DNA of 64,000 nucleotides from a virus (Duplodnaviria > Caudoviricetes): IMG/VR virus record IMGVR_UViG_3300020331_000002; one strand, given 5' to 3'. The notes beneath the pieces are model-generated. The model made no database searches, was not told where the DNA came from, and saw nothing but the letters and a program-made list of their open reading frames with translations. The first letter of the stretch is position 1; each line of letters begins with the position of its first letter. This document shows positions 38,137-47,587 of the stretch, piece after piece. A program made the translations under genes and the position numbers.

Positions 38137-38488
38137 TTTTAATTTTACAAGTGATACGAATAATGCTGCTGAAAAGCGTTTATCGGGCATGCAATATCAA
38201 CGTGAGTCAGTTGATTACCGACGTATATTCCCGTTAGTGAGTATATTCAGAAACGCTGGTGCGAGTAATACGGTTGCTGAGTTCGCTGCCCTGCAAATGT
38301 TTAACTTGTCTGAAACAACCGGTAAAAGCCCGTTCACACTTGCGCAAGAAACGATAGCCACAGGCAGCCTGTCTCTTGCAGATGATATCATTGATACACT
38401 TAATAGGCTAGGGTACCCTGATATGCAATACGGCTCATACAGAGACTCTAGCGACCAAGTAATAGACCGTAACATTAAGAGATTTTGA
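38129..38488 (+). CDS. Hypothetical virion-associated protein
   Basis: Overlaps both neighbours within the late operon. Confidence 0.7.
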   Translation: MADFNFTSDTNNAAEKRLSGMQYQRESVDYRRIFPLVSIFRNAGASNTVAEFAALQMFNLSETTGKSPFTLAQETIATGSLSLADDIIDTLNRLGYPDMQYGSYRDSSDQVIDRNIKRF

Positions 38489-38946
38489 TGAGAAACCGAT
38501 TTAGCCAAGGTATATACGAAGTACAAAATACCGAAAAGTATGTCGGTAACAAGCGCCCTACTTATAGATCTTCATGGGAAAGGGGATTCATGCACACTTT
38601 GGATCATCATCCGTCTGTGCTTGAATGGGCATCCGAGCCTATAAAAATACCTTATGTCAACCCCCAAACTGGTCGTCCGGCTAACTATATCCCTGATTTC
38701 CTAATAAAATATACGAAAGCCGACGGGTCAGTTGTAGTGGATTTGATTGAAATAAAGCCTGCTAGCCAGACACATGAAAGTCGTGCGAAAAGTAAAAACG
38801 ATAAAACACAGCAAGTTATTAATGCGGCAAAATGGGAGGCAGCAAGTAACTTCAGTAAAATGCGCGGCATAACTTTTCGGATATTAACTGAGGATCAGTT
38901 GTTCGGGAAGAAGAGCGGAACGAGAAGAAAAAAACAGGGCCTGTAA
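38485..38946 (+). CDS. gp4: Head completion protein (TnsA-like nuclease fold)
   Basis: YRSSWE, WASEPIKIPY, YIPDF, EIKP and KWEAA match T4 gp4. Confidence 0.88.
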   Translation: MMRNRFSQGIYEVQNTEKYVGNKRPTYRSSWERGFMHTLDHHPSVLEWASEPIKIPYVNPQTGRPANYIPDFLIKYTKADGSVVVDLIEIKPASQTHESRAKSKNDKTQQVINAAKWEAASNFSKMRGITFRILTEDQLFGKKSGTRRKKQGL

Positions 38947-38959
38947 TAAGCCCTGTTTT
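38931..38959. terminator. Bidirectional terminator between convergent genes
   Basis: AAAACAGGGC-N9-GCCCTGTTTT. Confidence 0.8.
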
Positions 38960-38972
38960 CATATGTACGTGA

Positions 38973-39578
38973 TTACGCGTTAGCTGTGTAAACTGAATCA
39001 AACGCTCGTGATTTGCCGGTACCTGTTGAGTTAAGGCGCTGGGCAGTTTGGCCGTTAACTTGTGCGGTAAGCTTGCGAGTTTCAACATTATAAATCATCT
39101 CGTCACCGTCGAAGTTACCCGGAACAGGAACAAAAGTGTTCGGTGAAATTTTCTCAGACTTAATACGGCGCAACTTGATGCCAGTCGGACCCTTTAGTCC
39201 GGTAACTTCGTAAAATGTCGCTGGACCTTCTTCAGCTGTATAGAACACTTCACCTTTAGAAATGCCTAGCGGCTTCATGCGCTTAGCACGAGTTTCAAGC
39301 TTTTTAGCTTCTTTGCGTGCAACACGCTCGGCTAGTGGCTTGACCCAATCATTGATACGTGCGTCACGAACTTCTGCGCTGTCGTATGCAAAAAATGCGT
39401 CAGGCGTTGCACGCTTACCTTGGAACATAGCTGCTTGGTATTTTTTGTTTTCTGGGTCGTCAGAAATATAAACCACAGCGTGGATTGATTCAAGCCCGGC
39501 AATACGAACAGGCGTTTTACCTTCAATATAAGCTGCGCGATCTTTGATCATTTCGTTAATAACGTCACGTTTTGACAT
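38973..39578 (-). CDS. Hypothetical early protein inserted on the opposite strand
   Basis: SD GAGGA before ATG 39578 (ORF track start 39593). Confidence 0.8.
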   Translation of the reverse strand: MSKRDVINEMIKDRAAYIEGKTPVRIAGLESIHAVVYISDDPENKKYQAAMFQGKRATPDAFFAYDSAEVRDARINDWVKPLAERVARKEAKKLETRAKRMKPLGISKGEVFYTAEEGPATFYEVTGLKGPTGIKLRRIKSEKISPNTFVPVPGNFDGDEMIYNVETRKLTAQVNGQTAQRLNSTGTGKSRAFDSVYTANA

Positions 39579-39714
39579 ACTATAGTTCCTCATGGGATTT
39601 GATAAGTTTACAATAAATTATTTTGGCATACGAATCCTAATTCTGTGCCAGTTGCATCCTTCGATGCTCTACAACCACACTCATTACGGTAGTTGGATAA
39701 GTCATTTCAAGCGT

Positions 39715-39743
39715 AGTATTGCACCGGCCGTTCATGTTGTCAA
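39715..39743 (-). promoter_or_regulatory. sigma70-like promoter TTGACA-17-AATACT
   Basis: Perfect -35, weak -10; gives a leader of about 130 nt. Confidence 0.5.
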
Positions 39744-39753
39744 CATATTTTAA

Positions 39754-39760
39754 CTAAATA
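39754..39760 (+). promoter_or_regulatory. Late promoter box CTAAATA
   Basis: Upstream of the terminase operon. Confidence 0.7.
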
Positions 39761-39775
39761 AAAGAAATAAATCTG

Positions 39776-40276
39776 GTGGTAGTAATGCTAAACAAAAAAG
39801 TAGAAGAATCCTTAGACATGATGCCCGCAAGCGATTTACAAGATATTATAGACGATAAAGAAGTTATATCTAATTCAAAAGAAACCAAGCAAGAGTTGGT
39901 TGATCGTTTAAGTGCAATGGAGAAACTCGACGTTAGCTTGCCTAATATAAGCGGGCTAGAAGAACACGAGGAAGAGATGAATCAGATCTCGGCTAAGGCC
40001 ATGCAGTCTTTTAAAGACTTGATGGACCTAGGCTTGCAAGTAAACGACAACGCTGCTGGGCGCATGTTTGAAGTCGCGGCAACTATGCTAAAGATTGCAC
40101 ACGATAGCTCTTCGGCTAAGGCAGACAGAAAGCTTAAAATCTTAGACATGCTGATGAAAAAAGCCAAGCTAGATAATGATGTAGACCCTAGTAAGGGCCA
40201 GGGCGGCGACGGTATTACGTTAGACCGTGAAGAAATATTAAAGCAAATCAGGGATGCTGCGAAGAATGAGTCTTAA
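39776..40276 (+). CDS. gp16: Terminase small subunit (probable)
   Basis: Helical; AGRMFEVAATML and LDREEIL motifs; first gene of the operon containing the large terminase. Confidence 0.6.
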   Translation: MVVMLNKKVEESLDMMPASDLQDIIDDKEVISNSKETKQELVDRLSAMEKLDVSLPNISGLEEHEEEMNQISAKAMQSFKDLMDLGLQVNDNAAGRMFEVAATMLKIAHDSSSAKADRKLKILDMLMKKAKLDNDVDPSKGQGGDGITLDREEILKQIRDAAKNES

Positions 40277-40913
40277 TTTTACACGAAAATTTTCAGATTA
40301 CTTGGGTGAATCTAACAAAACATATGAAGTGCAGATAAAGCTTGCGAACGTGCACATGGAAGACGATATCGAAGAGGTTATCGAATCAATAATCTCTAAG
40401 TTAGATATCGTTGAATCAACTGGGTATAGCGAGACGCCGGTAATCACAAGTCACCCGTCATTCCCTAATCTTGGCCCAACGTTTGTTACGCACTGTAAAT
40501 ATGTGGTGAAGTACCCATCAACTAATGATGAAATTCGTCGTCATCTTAACCATGCACTGCGAATGGACGAGACTAACTTGCACTTAGTAGTAGACGTGCA
40601 CGCACGCGCTACACCGGCAGTTATTCACGAAGAAGACGATAGCGAGTATGTACCCAAAGTGTCGCATGAGATCCAAGACGAAGAAATACCAGAGACTGAT
40701 CCTGAAGTTGTAGAAGTTGCTGAGTACGAACATCCTGAGCATTTCAAACTAAACAAGTATGACATGAACAAGGAAACGTCTGGATTTGAGCGTGATATCG
40801 CAACATACGACGAAGAGCGCGATAGCGTAGAAAGTTCTTATACTGCTCGCCCTAATGCGCCTGAAGGCATAAGCCTGTTTTCAAGTGTAGATAATCCTGA
40901 TCCAGGAGCGTAA
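40266..40913 (+). CDS. Hypothetical late protein
   Basis: ATG 40266; N-terminal KFSDYLGES resembles a capsid-targeting/cleavage sequence. Confidence 0.75.
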   Translation: MSLNFTRKFSDYLGESNKTYEVQIKLANVHMEDDIEEVIESIISKLDIVESTGYSETPVITSHPSFPNLGPTFVTHCKYVVKYPSTNDEIRRHLNHALRMDETNLHLVVDVHARATPAVIHEEDDSEYVPKVSHEIQDEEIPETDPEVVEVAEYEHPEHFKLNKYDMNKETSGFERDIATYDEERDSVESSYTARPNAPEGISLFSSVDNPDPGA

Positions 40914-40915
40914 CC

Positions 40916-41335
40916 GTGCGAATAAGTGAAGTTCTTGATCCGCTATACGAGTTTACCAGCACACCGCCGGACAGACCTATTTCTAAGTCAGAGCTTGATG
41001 AGCTTGAAAAATATCTAGATCAGCTTTATGCGAAGCATGGTCTAGATATTGAGTTCACCCGCCATTTCCTTGATAGAGTAAACGACCAGCGCAACAAAAA
41101 GCAAATAACAACCGGTGAACTTTTTAAAATGTTTGGTAAAGCCCAGCGCGACTACGGGTCAGATTTTTCCACGATCCGCAAAAGCGAACAGGGCGTAATA
41201 CACGACAAAGAAACGGATTTAAACGGTCCGTTTGTAATTGACTTTGACCGCCGCAAGAAGCAATGGACTTTATTCGCTAAGACCGTTATGCGTAAGTCTA
41301 ATTTCAAAACCACATCTAAAAAGTACGAGGTTTAA
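40916..41335 (+). CDS. Hypothetical late protein with FTRHFLDR motif
   Basis: MRISEVLD..YE start; compact alpha/beta domain. Confidence 0.75.
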   Translation: MRISEVLDPLYEFTSTPPDRPISKSELDELEKYLDQLYAKHGLDIEFTRHFLDRVNDQRNKKQITTGELFKMFGKAQRDYGSDFSTIRKSEQGVIHDKETDLNGPFVIDFDRRKKQWTLFAKTVMRKSNFKTTSKKYEV

Positions 41336-42871
41336 ATGTCTGACGCGTTGGTAAAAAACCCGCACACTAAAACGTCTTACACTAAAGCACAGTTGGGTGA
41401 GCTTGTAAAGTGCGGCAACCCGGATAACGGCCATCTTCATTTTATTGAAAACTATTTTCAGATACAACACCCTACTAAAGGGTCAATGAAGCTCAAGCCT
41501 TTTGAATTCCAGTATGGGTTGATTGACAGTTACCACAACTATCGAAGCTCTATAAGTCTCGTATCAAGGCAGATGGGTAAGTCGACGATAGCGGCTGCCT
41601 ATCTTCTTTGGTATGCTATGTTTGTGCCTGACAGTATGATATTGATCGTATCTAACAAGCACGACGGCGCCAAAGAGATTATGCACCGTATAAGATACGG
41701 ATACGAAAACTGCCCCGACTACATACGAAACGGGGTGGTGGAGTACAACAAGCAATCCATAAAATTCGATAACGGCTCTCGTATAGTGGCGCAGGCAACA
41801 ACTGAGAACTCAGGTCGTGGTTTGTCGATATCATTGGTATACATGGATGAATTTGCATTCGTACAACCCCGTATAGCCAAAGAATTCTGGACAGCACTAT
41901 CACCGACGTTATCAACAGGTGGTAAATGTATTATCACATCTACACCAAACAACGACGAAGACCAGTTCTCTGAAATCTGGCGTCAGGCTAACAAGCTAAT
42001 AGACGACCACGGCAACGAGCGCCCAGTCGGTATTAACGGATTCAAACCATACTTTGCTGATTGGCGCGAACACCCTGATCGTGACGAGGAATGGTACAAC
42101 GAAGAATTCAACAAAATCGGCGAAGAGCGATTTAAACGTGAGCACGAGAACCAGTTCATATCGTTTGACGAAACGCTCATTAGTCCTAAGTTCATGTTTG
42201 ACTGGGAGCATATTGATCCGCTTTATAAAGAAGGCACAATACGCTGGTTTAACACACCGGCAGAGGGCATGGATTACGTAGTTGCCTTGGATCCTAGTAT
42301 GGGTACTGGCGGCGACTTCGCTGCTATTCAGGTTATTGAACTACCGAGTATGGAACAAATAGCTGAGTGGCAATCTAAGCGTACCATTATTGAAAAGCAG
42401 GTAGGCATGTTGCGGCACATATGTGAAACACTCGATGAAGCAGGCGCCAACGAGATTTATTGGAGTTTAGAAAACAATACGTTAGGTGAGGCTGGCTTAT
42501 CAGTAATCCGTGCAATGGGTGAAGAAAACATTCCTGGTATTTTTGTATCGGCGCAAGGCGGCAAACGTAAAGGATTTACACTAACGAACCGCAGCAAGTT
42601 AGAGTACTGTGCTAAGATGAAGTCATGGATAGAGAGCGACACACTTCAGGTGTTTAGTAAGTTCCTTATCGGTGAATTTAAAACATTCGTTAGTTCAGGC
42701 GCTACGTACAAAGCCAAAGACGGAAACCACGATGATCTAGTTCTGTCACTTCTTCTGGCTGTGCGTATTATTGACGTAATAAGTAAGTGGGACGACGAGA
42801 TCATGGATGCTGTCACGGGCTATATGGACGAAGAATCGTTTGAAGAACCGATGCCCCTTGGGATCTTATAA
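41336..42871 (+). CDS. gp17: Terminase large subunit
   Basis: Walker A SRQMGKST, Walker B YMDEFAF, ITSTP, nuclease LDPSMG.G.D and DDLV. Confidence 0.97.
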   Translation: MSDALVKNPHTKTSYTKAQLGELVKCGNPDNGHLHFIENYFQIQHPTKGSMKLKPFEFQYGLIDSYHNYRSSISLVSRQMGKSTIAAAYLLWYAMFVPDSMILIVSNKHDGAKEIMHRIRYGYENCPDYIRNGVVEYNKQSIKFDNGSRIVAQATTENSGRGLSISLVYMDEFAFVQPRIAKEFWTALSPTLSTGGKCIITSTPNNDEDQFSEIWRQANKLIDDHGNERPVGINGFKPYFADWREHPDRDEEWYNEEFNKIGEERFKREHENQFISFDETLISPKFMFDWEHIDPLYKEGTIRWFNTPAEGMDYVVALDPSMGTGGDFAAIQVIELPSMEQIAEWQSKRTIIEKQVGMLRHICETLDEAGANEIYWSLENNTLGEAGLSVIRAMGEENIPGIFVSAQGGKRKGFTLTNRSKLEYCAKMKSWIESDTLQVFSKFLIGEFKTFVSSGATYKAKDGNHDDLVLSLLLAVRIIDVISKWDDEIMDAVTGYMDEESFEEPMPLGIL

Positions 42872-42874
42872 ATA
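42867..42874 (+). promoter_or_regulatory. Late promoter box TATAAATA
   Basis: Overlaps the terminase stop; upstream of 42895. Confidence 0.7.
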
Positions 42875-42894
42875 AAGGAAAAACGGCAACAATT

Positions 42895-43998
42895 ATGGTA
42901 CAATCAGAAATCTCACTTAAGGTGTTCAAACTATTACACTCTAAGTACAACAATATATCACTATTTGACCAAGAAGGCAAGCAAGTAATGACAGCCGAAA
43001 CCGCCGCGCGTTTCTTTATAGAAAAGCCTAATATTATGGTCTACGTTAGTGAAGACGCGGTGGAGTTAAACAAGGGTACTGAGGTACAACTTACTGATAT
43101 AGAAGATATCATTGACTCTCTCAAAACACTTGCCCACCAAAATAGAAGGTCATTTAACTTAAAAGTATACGGGAAGAGCATCGTGCCTAAAGACTTCGCA
43201 CAAGAAATTACTGAATCTAAAATGTTCAGTAGCATGTACGGCAAGACCAAAACCAGCTACCAAAAAGTTGGCGAAAACACTGTTATCACTTATCGCCACA
43301 CCAGCGCAGTGAAAGACAATGCTCAATCACGTATGTCTAAGTTACGTGAGATTGAAATAACGTCACATGGCAAGAAGTACATGATGCCGTGGCCGCACGT
43401 AATGGGCGCACGCGCTATCGCTAAACACTTAGAAACGGGCGGCGAGTACAGTGATGATATAGCTGAATCGTTATACGAGGCGTCTGAGCGCATACGTATG
43501 ATAGGCCAGTACAGAAATTTTATCCGCAAAAAGGATCCGGTTGAGTACAACCTCGCAACCAAAGCCGCAAAGGATATAAACGGCCAAATACAAGACTTCT
43601 TAAAAGTAGGTGTAGACGACGAAGTGTCAGATATTATTGCAAACTTGCAAGAAACTATAACCGCGGGCGCAGTTGCCACAGGCGGTGTAGCTGATAGAGC
43701 ACCGTATAGTCGTAAAGTCTCTGGCATCATACGTAGATACAAAACTCCTGAAAACATTATTGCTATGGTTGGCGAGAAAGTTATGAAGGAAAAGAAGGGA
43801 ATCCTTCCTAAGTCGTTTATGTTCGAAGACGCAGGCGACGAGTTCGATTTCGTAATGAAAGAGATGGAAGAATCAAGCGATGTGTTCTATAACTCTGTAC
43901 GCCAAGCTATCGAAGAAGTATGGGACAGCTATGACGAGAAACGACGCAAAGCAATAGTGTCGCTTGCCAAAGGCGAACTATCGGACAACGTAAAGTAA
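42895..43998 (+). CDS. Hypothetical late (probably head-internal) protein
   Basis: Late box; internal LQET/MFED cleavage-like sites; conserved-looking GARAIAKH motif. Confidence 0.8.
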   Translation: MVQSEISLKVFKLLHSKYNNISLFDQEGKQVMTAETAARFFIEKPNIMVYVSEDAVELNKGTEVQLTDIEDIIDSLKTLAHQNRRSFNLKVYGKSIVPKDFAQEITESKMFSSMYGKTKTSYQKVGENTVITYRHTSAVKDNAQSRMSKLREIEITSHGKKYMMPWPHVMGARAIAKHLETGGEYSDDIAESLYEASERIRMIGQYRNFIRKKDPVEYNLATKAAKDINGQIQDFLKVGVDDEVSDIIANLQETITAGAVATGGVADRAPYSRKVSGIIRRYKTPENIIAMVGEKVMKEKKGILPKSFMFEDAGDEFDFVMKEMEESSDVFYNSVRQAIEEVWDSYDEKRRKAIVSLAKGELSDNVK

Positions 43999-44001
43999 TA
44001 C

Positions 44002-44026
44002 AAGGCAGCTATAAGCTGCCTTTCTT
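44002..44026 (+). terminator. Intrinsic terminator
   Basis: AAGGCAGCT-ATA-AGCTGCCTT-TCTT. Confidence 0.75.
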
Positions 44027-44080
44027 CAATCCACCTCCCTGATAGAAAAAAAGTGAAAACTTTTCTAACAAAAATTATCC

Positions 44081-44110
44081 TTGACAACTAAATAAAGACA
44101 GTGCTACAAT
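44081..44110 (+). promoter_or_regulatory. sigma70 promoter TTGACA-18-TACAAT with a nested late box CTAAATA (44088-44094)
   Basis: Both elements are present upstream of gp32. Confidence 0.75.
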
Positions 44111-44141
44111 GAACTTGCTCATTATGGCACTAAATGAAAAT

Positions 44142-44252
44142 GTAAATTTTGAATCGTAAATTTTGAATCGTAAATTTTGAATCGTAAATTTTGTTTCGTA
44201 AATTAGATAGCCGTAAATTATAACAATAAAAATAAATTAAGAGTATCGTAAA
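44142..44252 (+). repeat. 14-bp tandem repeat array GTAAATTTTGAATC in the ssb 5' leader
   Basis: Three perfect copies (44142, 44156, 44170), degenerate copies at 44184, 44198 and 44213, and CGTAAA abutting the ATG. Confidence 0.9.
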
Positions 44253-45296
44253 ATGCCGGATATTAATGAAATTCGTGCACGTCTACAACGTGCTGCCGCT
44301 CAAAAAGACAACCAAGGTTCATCACGTGGACCAAGCCCACTTTATCGTCACTGGGATGCTCCTGACGATTCCCGTATTGAAGTAAGATTCCTTCCTGATG
44401 CAAATGCTGACAACGTCTATTTCTGGCGTGAAAAGCAAATGATCAAGCTTGAGTTTTCTTCGGTTCTTGGTCAACCGGACTTTAACAAGGGTAAACCTTT
44501 TATTGTGCAGGTTCCTTGTGTTGAAATGTACAATGACGGCAGATCTTGTCCTGTTAGTCGTGAAGTATCATCGTGGTTTAACACTGATATGGATAGCCTA
44601 GCACGCAAGTACTGGAAGAAACGTTCTTATATTATGCAGGGTTTTGTTTTACAAGATCCGACTAATGAAGAACAACCGCCCGAGAACCCTATCAGACAAT
44701 TCAATATTAACTCGCAAATATTCAAGAATGTGCGCGAGGGACTACTTGACCCTGATATGCTTCACACGCCAACTGACTATAACAACGGTACAAACTTTGT
44801 TATAAAGAAAACCAAGAACGGCCAATATGCTGACTACACCACGTCAAACTGGTCTCGTAACGAGTCTGCGCTTAGCCAAGAGCACATGGATGCAATTCAG
44901 AAATACGAGCTTAAAGATCTGAATACGTTGCTTCCAAAGGTCCCGTCTGACGAAGACTTGTTAATCATTAAAGACATGTTTGAAGCAAGTGTAAGCGGCG
45001 AACCGTATGACCCTTCTCGTTGGGGTGAACACTTCCGTCCTTATGGATTGAAAACTGAGTCGAACAACTCAGAACAAGGTGCTAAACAGGCTCCGTCTAA
45101 ACCAGCTGACCCAGCTCAGGCAGCCAAAGCTGACGACGCTCCTCCGTTTAGTCCTTCTACTGCTGAACCACGCCAAGAGTCACGCCCAGCACCTGCTGCA
45201 AGCGCTACACCGGCACCTGCTGCCCCAGCTGCGCCGACTAGCTCTGACTCTAACGTAAATGATATTCTGGCTAAGATCCGTTCTCGCCAAAACTAA
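44253..45296 (+). CDS. gp32: Single-stranded DNA-binding protein
   Basis: VRFLP, VQVPCVEM..G..CPV, YWKKRSY, IKKTK.G.YADY..S; Pro/Ala-rich tail ending DILAKIRSRQ. Confidence 0.92.
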   Translation: MPDINEIRARLQRAAAQKDNQGSSRGPSPLYRHWDAPDDSRIEVRFLPDANADNVYFWREKQMIKLEFSSVLGQPDFNKGKPFIVQVPCVEMYNDGRSCPVSREVSSWFNTDMDSLARKYWKKRSYIMQGFVLQDPTNEEQPPENPIRQFNINSQIFKNVREGLLDPDMLHTPTDYNNGTNFVIKKTKNGQYADYTTSNWSRNESALSQEHMDAIQKYELKDLNTLLPKVPSDEDLLIIKDMFEASVSGEPYDPSRWGEHFRPYGLKTESNNSEQGAKQAPSKPADPAQAAKADDAPPFSPSTAEPRQESRPAPAASATPAPAAPAAPTSSDSNVNDILAKIRSRQN

Positions 45297-45303
45297 TATC
45301 ATG

Positions 45304-45327
45304 GGCAGAGGTGTGAAATCCTCTGCC
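45304..45327 (+). promoter_or_regulatory. Intergenic hairpin without a U-tract (mRNA stabiliser or processing site)
   Basis: GGCAGAGG-N8-CCTCTGCC. Confidence 0.45.
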
Positions 45328-45364
45328 GACTTTCATACACACAGGTTACAATAAAAACAATAAT

Positions 45365-46462
45365 ATGAAACCTATCGATATCTCCAAATTCAGTAAGGAC
45401 ATTACTAAAGCTGTACCCGGTATTAATACAGGGTTTCAGGATCCAGTAACGTGGGTATCAACCGGCTGTTATATGTTGAATTATCTGATCTCAGGTAACT
45501 TCAATAAAGGCATCCCGTTTGGTAAAATCACCATGTTGGCTGGCGAGTCAGGTTCCGGTAAGTCGTATATCGCATCCGGTAACCTTGCGCGTAATGCACA
45601 AGCCCAAGGCGCTTTTGTAATCTTGCTAGATTCCGAAAACGCGCTAGATGAAGAGTGGCTTAAAGCAGTAGGCGTTGACACTGATCCTGACAAGCTCTTG
45701 CGTATTGGCGTGGCTATGATCGACGAAGTTGCTAAAATAATCAACGAGTTCGTTGCTGGTTATAAGGCAGAACACGGCGACAAACCTGTCAAAGAACAGC
45801 CACCTGTACTATTCGTTGTGGACAGCTTGGGCATGTTACTTACTCCTACAGACAAAGATCAGTTCCAGAAAGGCGATCTTAAAGGCGACTTAGGTCGTAA
45901 AGCGAAGGCACTAACCGCGCTTATCCGTACTACCACAAACTTGATCGCACCGTATAACGTTGGTGTAGTTTGTACGAACCACGTATACGATTCGCAAGAT
46001 ATGTTTGATCCGGATCCTAAAATTTCCGGCGGTAAAATGGTTGTTTTTGCGAGTTCCATTATTGTTGCAATGAACAAAATGAAACTCAAAGAAGACGCCG
46101 AAGGTAACAAGGTTAGCCAAGTTATGGGTATACGATCCAAGTGTCGTGTAATTAAAACCCGTTACGCCAAGCCTTTCGAAGACGTTACTGTCTACATTCC
46201 TTATGAGACTGGCATGGACCCGTACTCTGGTGTGTTTGAGTTTATGGAAGCTCAACAACTTCTTAAACGTTCTGGTGCTTATTACACTGCTGTTGATATA
46301 GAAACTGGCGAAGAATTTAAACTGCGCCGTAAACAGTGGAAAGAGCCTGCCAATATGGAACACTTGCTTCAGTTGTTCCTTAAAGTGCAAGAACTGGAAG
46401 ACAAAGCTGGCCTGGCCGACGCTGAAGAAAACTTTGGCGCTGACGAAGAAGAGCAAGCTTAA
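45365..46462 (+). CDS. uvsX: RecA-like recombinase
   Basis: Walker A AGESGSGKS, LDSENA, VVDSLGML, NHVY, SGG and KTRYAKPF. Confidence 0.95.
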   Translation: MKPIDISKFSKDITKAVPGINTGFQDPVTWVSTGCYMLNYLISGNFNKGIPFGKITMLAGESGSGKSYIASGNLARNAQAQGAFVILLDSENALDEEWLKAVGVDTDPDKLLRIGVAMIDEVAKIINEFVAGYKAEHGDKPVKEQPPVLFVVDSLGMLLTPTDKDQFQKGDLKGDLGRKAKALTALIRTTTNLIAPYNVGVVCTNHVYDSQDMFDPDPKISGGKMVVFASSIIVAMNKMKLKEDAEGNKVSQVMGIRSKCRVIKTRYAKPFEDVTVYIPYETGMDPYSGVFEFMEAQQLLKRSGAYYTAVDIETGEEFKLRRKQWKEPANMEHLLQLFLKVQELEDKAGLADAEENFGADEEEQA

Positions 46463-46501
46463 TATATAGGGCACGATGTGCCCTATAACCAGAGGTTTAT
46501 T

Positions 46502-46840
46502 ATGACAGAAGAAATCATGCACAGTCCGTTTCCTTCAGATTCGACTGAATTCAAAAAAGCGTATTGTCAATTACTTGCTTATGTAAAGCAAAAAGAATCT
46601 AGAGAAACCGTGATAGCACAGTTGGTGGCTTTAGAAAAAACGTTATTAGTTGATATGAATGCTGCTTTGTGGGCAAAAACACCGACTAACTTCGAGTATA
46701 CCGTTCGTATGTTTGTTGAATACGGCATAGACAGACGGTTTGTGCGACTACGACAGCGGTTCCCTAACCCTAAAAAGTTGGCTATCATGTTATTCCGTAC
46801 CATTAGAGTAGCAGTGGAGCGAATGGATGAGCCTAACTAA
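46502..46840 (+). CDS. Hypothetical protein
   Basis: GAGG SD before ATG 46502; inserted between uvsX and uvsY. Confidence 0.65.
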   Translation: MTEEIMHSPFPSDSTEFKKAYCQLLAYVKQKESRETVIAQLVALEKTLLVDMNAALWAKTPTNFEYTVRMFVEYGIDRRFVRLRQRFPNPKKLAIMLFRTIRVAVERMDEPN

Positions 46841-47291
46841 CTGGTTTTATGTAGTTAGTAGTGACTTGTCACGCATCCCGGACGCGGTTGCATTTTACGA
46901 GAAAGAGTATGAAGAGGGTAGAAAGTTCTTGCCTTTGGAAGGCGCGATATCCCGTAAGTGCGGCCAGCTTGCTACTGTAGTTGACAAGTACTACGCCTAT
47001 TACCAAGAGATAGAGGCAATACTGGAACACTTGAATATAGAACAGAAAAAAGTTCGTGCGCAAGTGTTTAAGAAGTACCTTGAAAATTACCAGCGCTCGT
47101 TAAGCTCCCGTGACTGTGAGAAATACTGTGACGGCGATCCTGCGGTAATTAACGTTGCGATGTTGGTTAACGAATGGTCTCTTGTGCGAAACAAGTACCA
47201 AGGATTGCACAAATCTTTGGAAAACATGAACTGGATGATCGGGCATGTTGTTCGCTTGCGAGCCGCTGGCCTTGACGACGCTCATTTTTAA
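46827..47291 (+). CDS. uvsY: Recombination mediator
   Basis: Helical; RALSSRD.EKY.DG-like motif, terminal GHVVRLRAAG; position next to uvsX/uvsW. Confidence 0.75.
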   Translation: MSLTNWFYVVSSDLSRIPDAVAFYEKEYEEGRKFLPLEGAISRKCGQLATVVDKYYAYYQEIEAILEHLNIEQKKVRAQVFKKYLENYQRSLSSRDCEKYCDGDPAVINVAMLVNEWSLVRNKYQGLHKSLENMNWMIGHVVRLRAAGLDDAHF

Positions 47292-47298
47292 TTTAGGA

Positions 47299-47305
47299 CT
47301 AAATA
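47299..47305 (+). promoter_or_regulatory. Late promoter box CTAAATA
   Basis: Upstream of the 61-aa ORF. Confidence 0.55.
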
Positions 47306-47333
47306 TAAGCGTAGGTATTATAAAGGAAATCAC

Positions 47334-47519
47334 ATGAAAGTTGACCCTCAGATTCGTTGGAGACAAGTAGTGCCTTGGATCGAGTCAAAGAGTCAAAAGC
47401 GTAACGACTTACTCAGAACATCTGGATCGCCATGTGTAGATAATCCAATAGAACAAATTTATAAAAGTAGCTTCAAACCGAAACATCGAAAACCGTCTTA
47501 TATTGACATTTATGTCTAA
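47334..47519 (+). CDS. Small basic late protein (61 aa)
   Basis: AAGGA SD and late box. Confidence 0.6.
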   Translation: MKVDPQIRWRQVVPWIESKSQKRNDLLRTSGSPCVDNPIEQIYKSSFKPKHRKPSYIDIYV

Positions 47520-47587
47520 TTACTAATAGATGCAAACGTAGTTTCAGGTTAACGGGCTTAGATATAATACCTGCGCCGAATTCGATT

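Noticed and set aside
38485-38946. TnsA transposase / Tn7-like element
   Set aside because: Motifs and position match T4 gp4 head completion protein; no TnsB/C genes or transposon ends.
41336-42871. Intein or intron in the terminase, helicase or recombinase genes
   Set aside because: Lengths are normal, motifs are contiguous, and there are no Hint or LAGLIDADG blocks.
44142-44225. CRISPR-like array
   Set aside because: The repeats are head-to-tail with no unique spacers and no cas genes.
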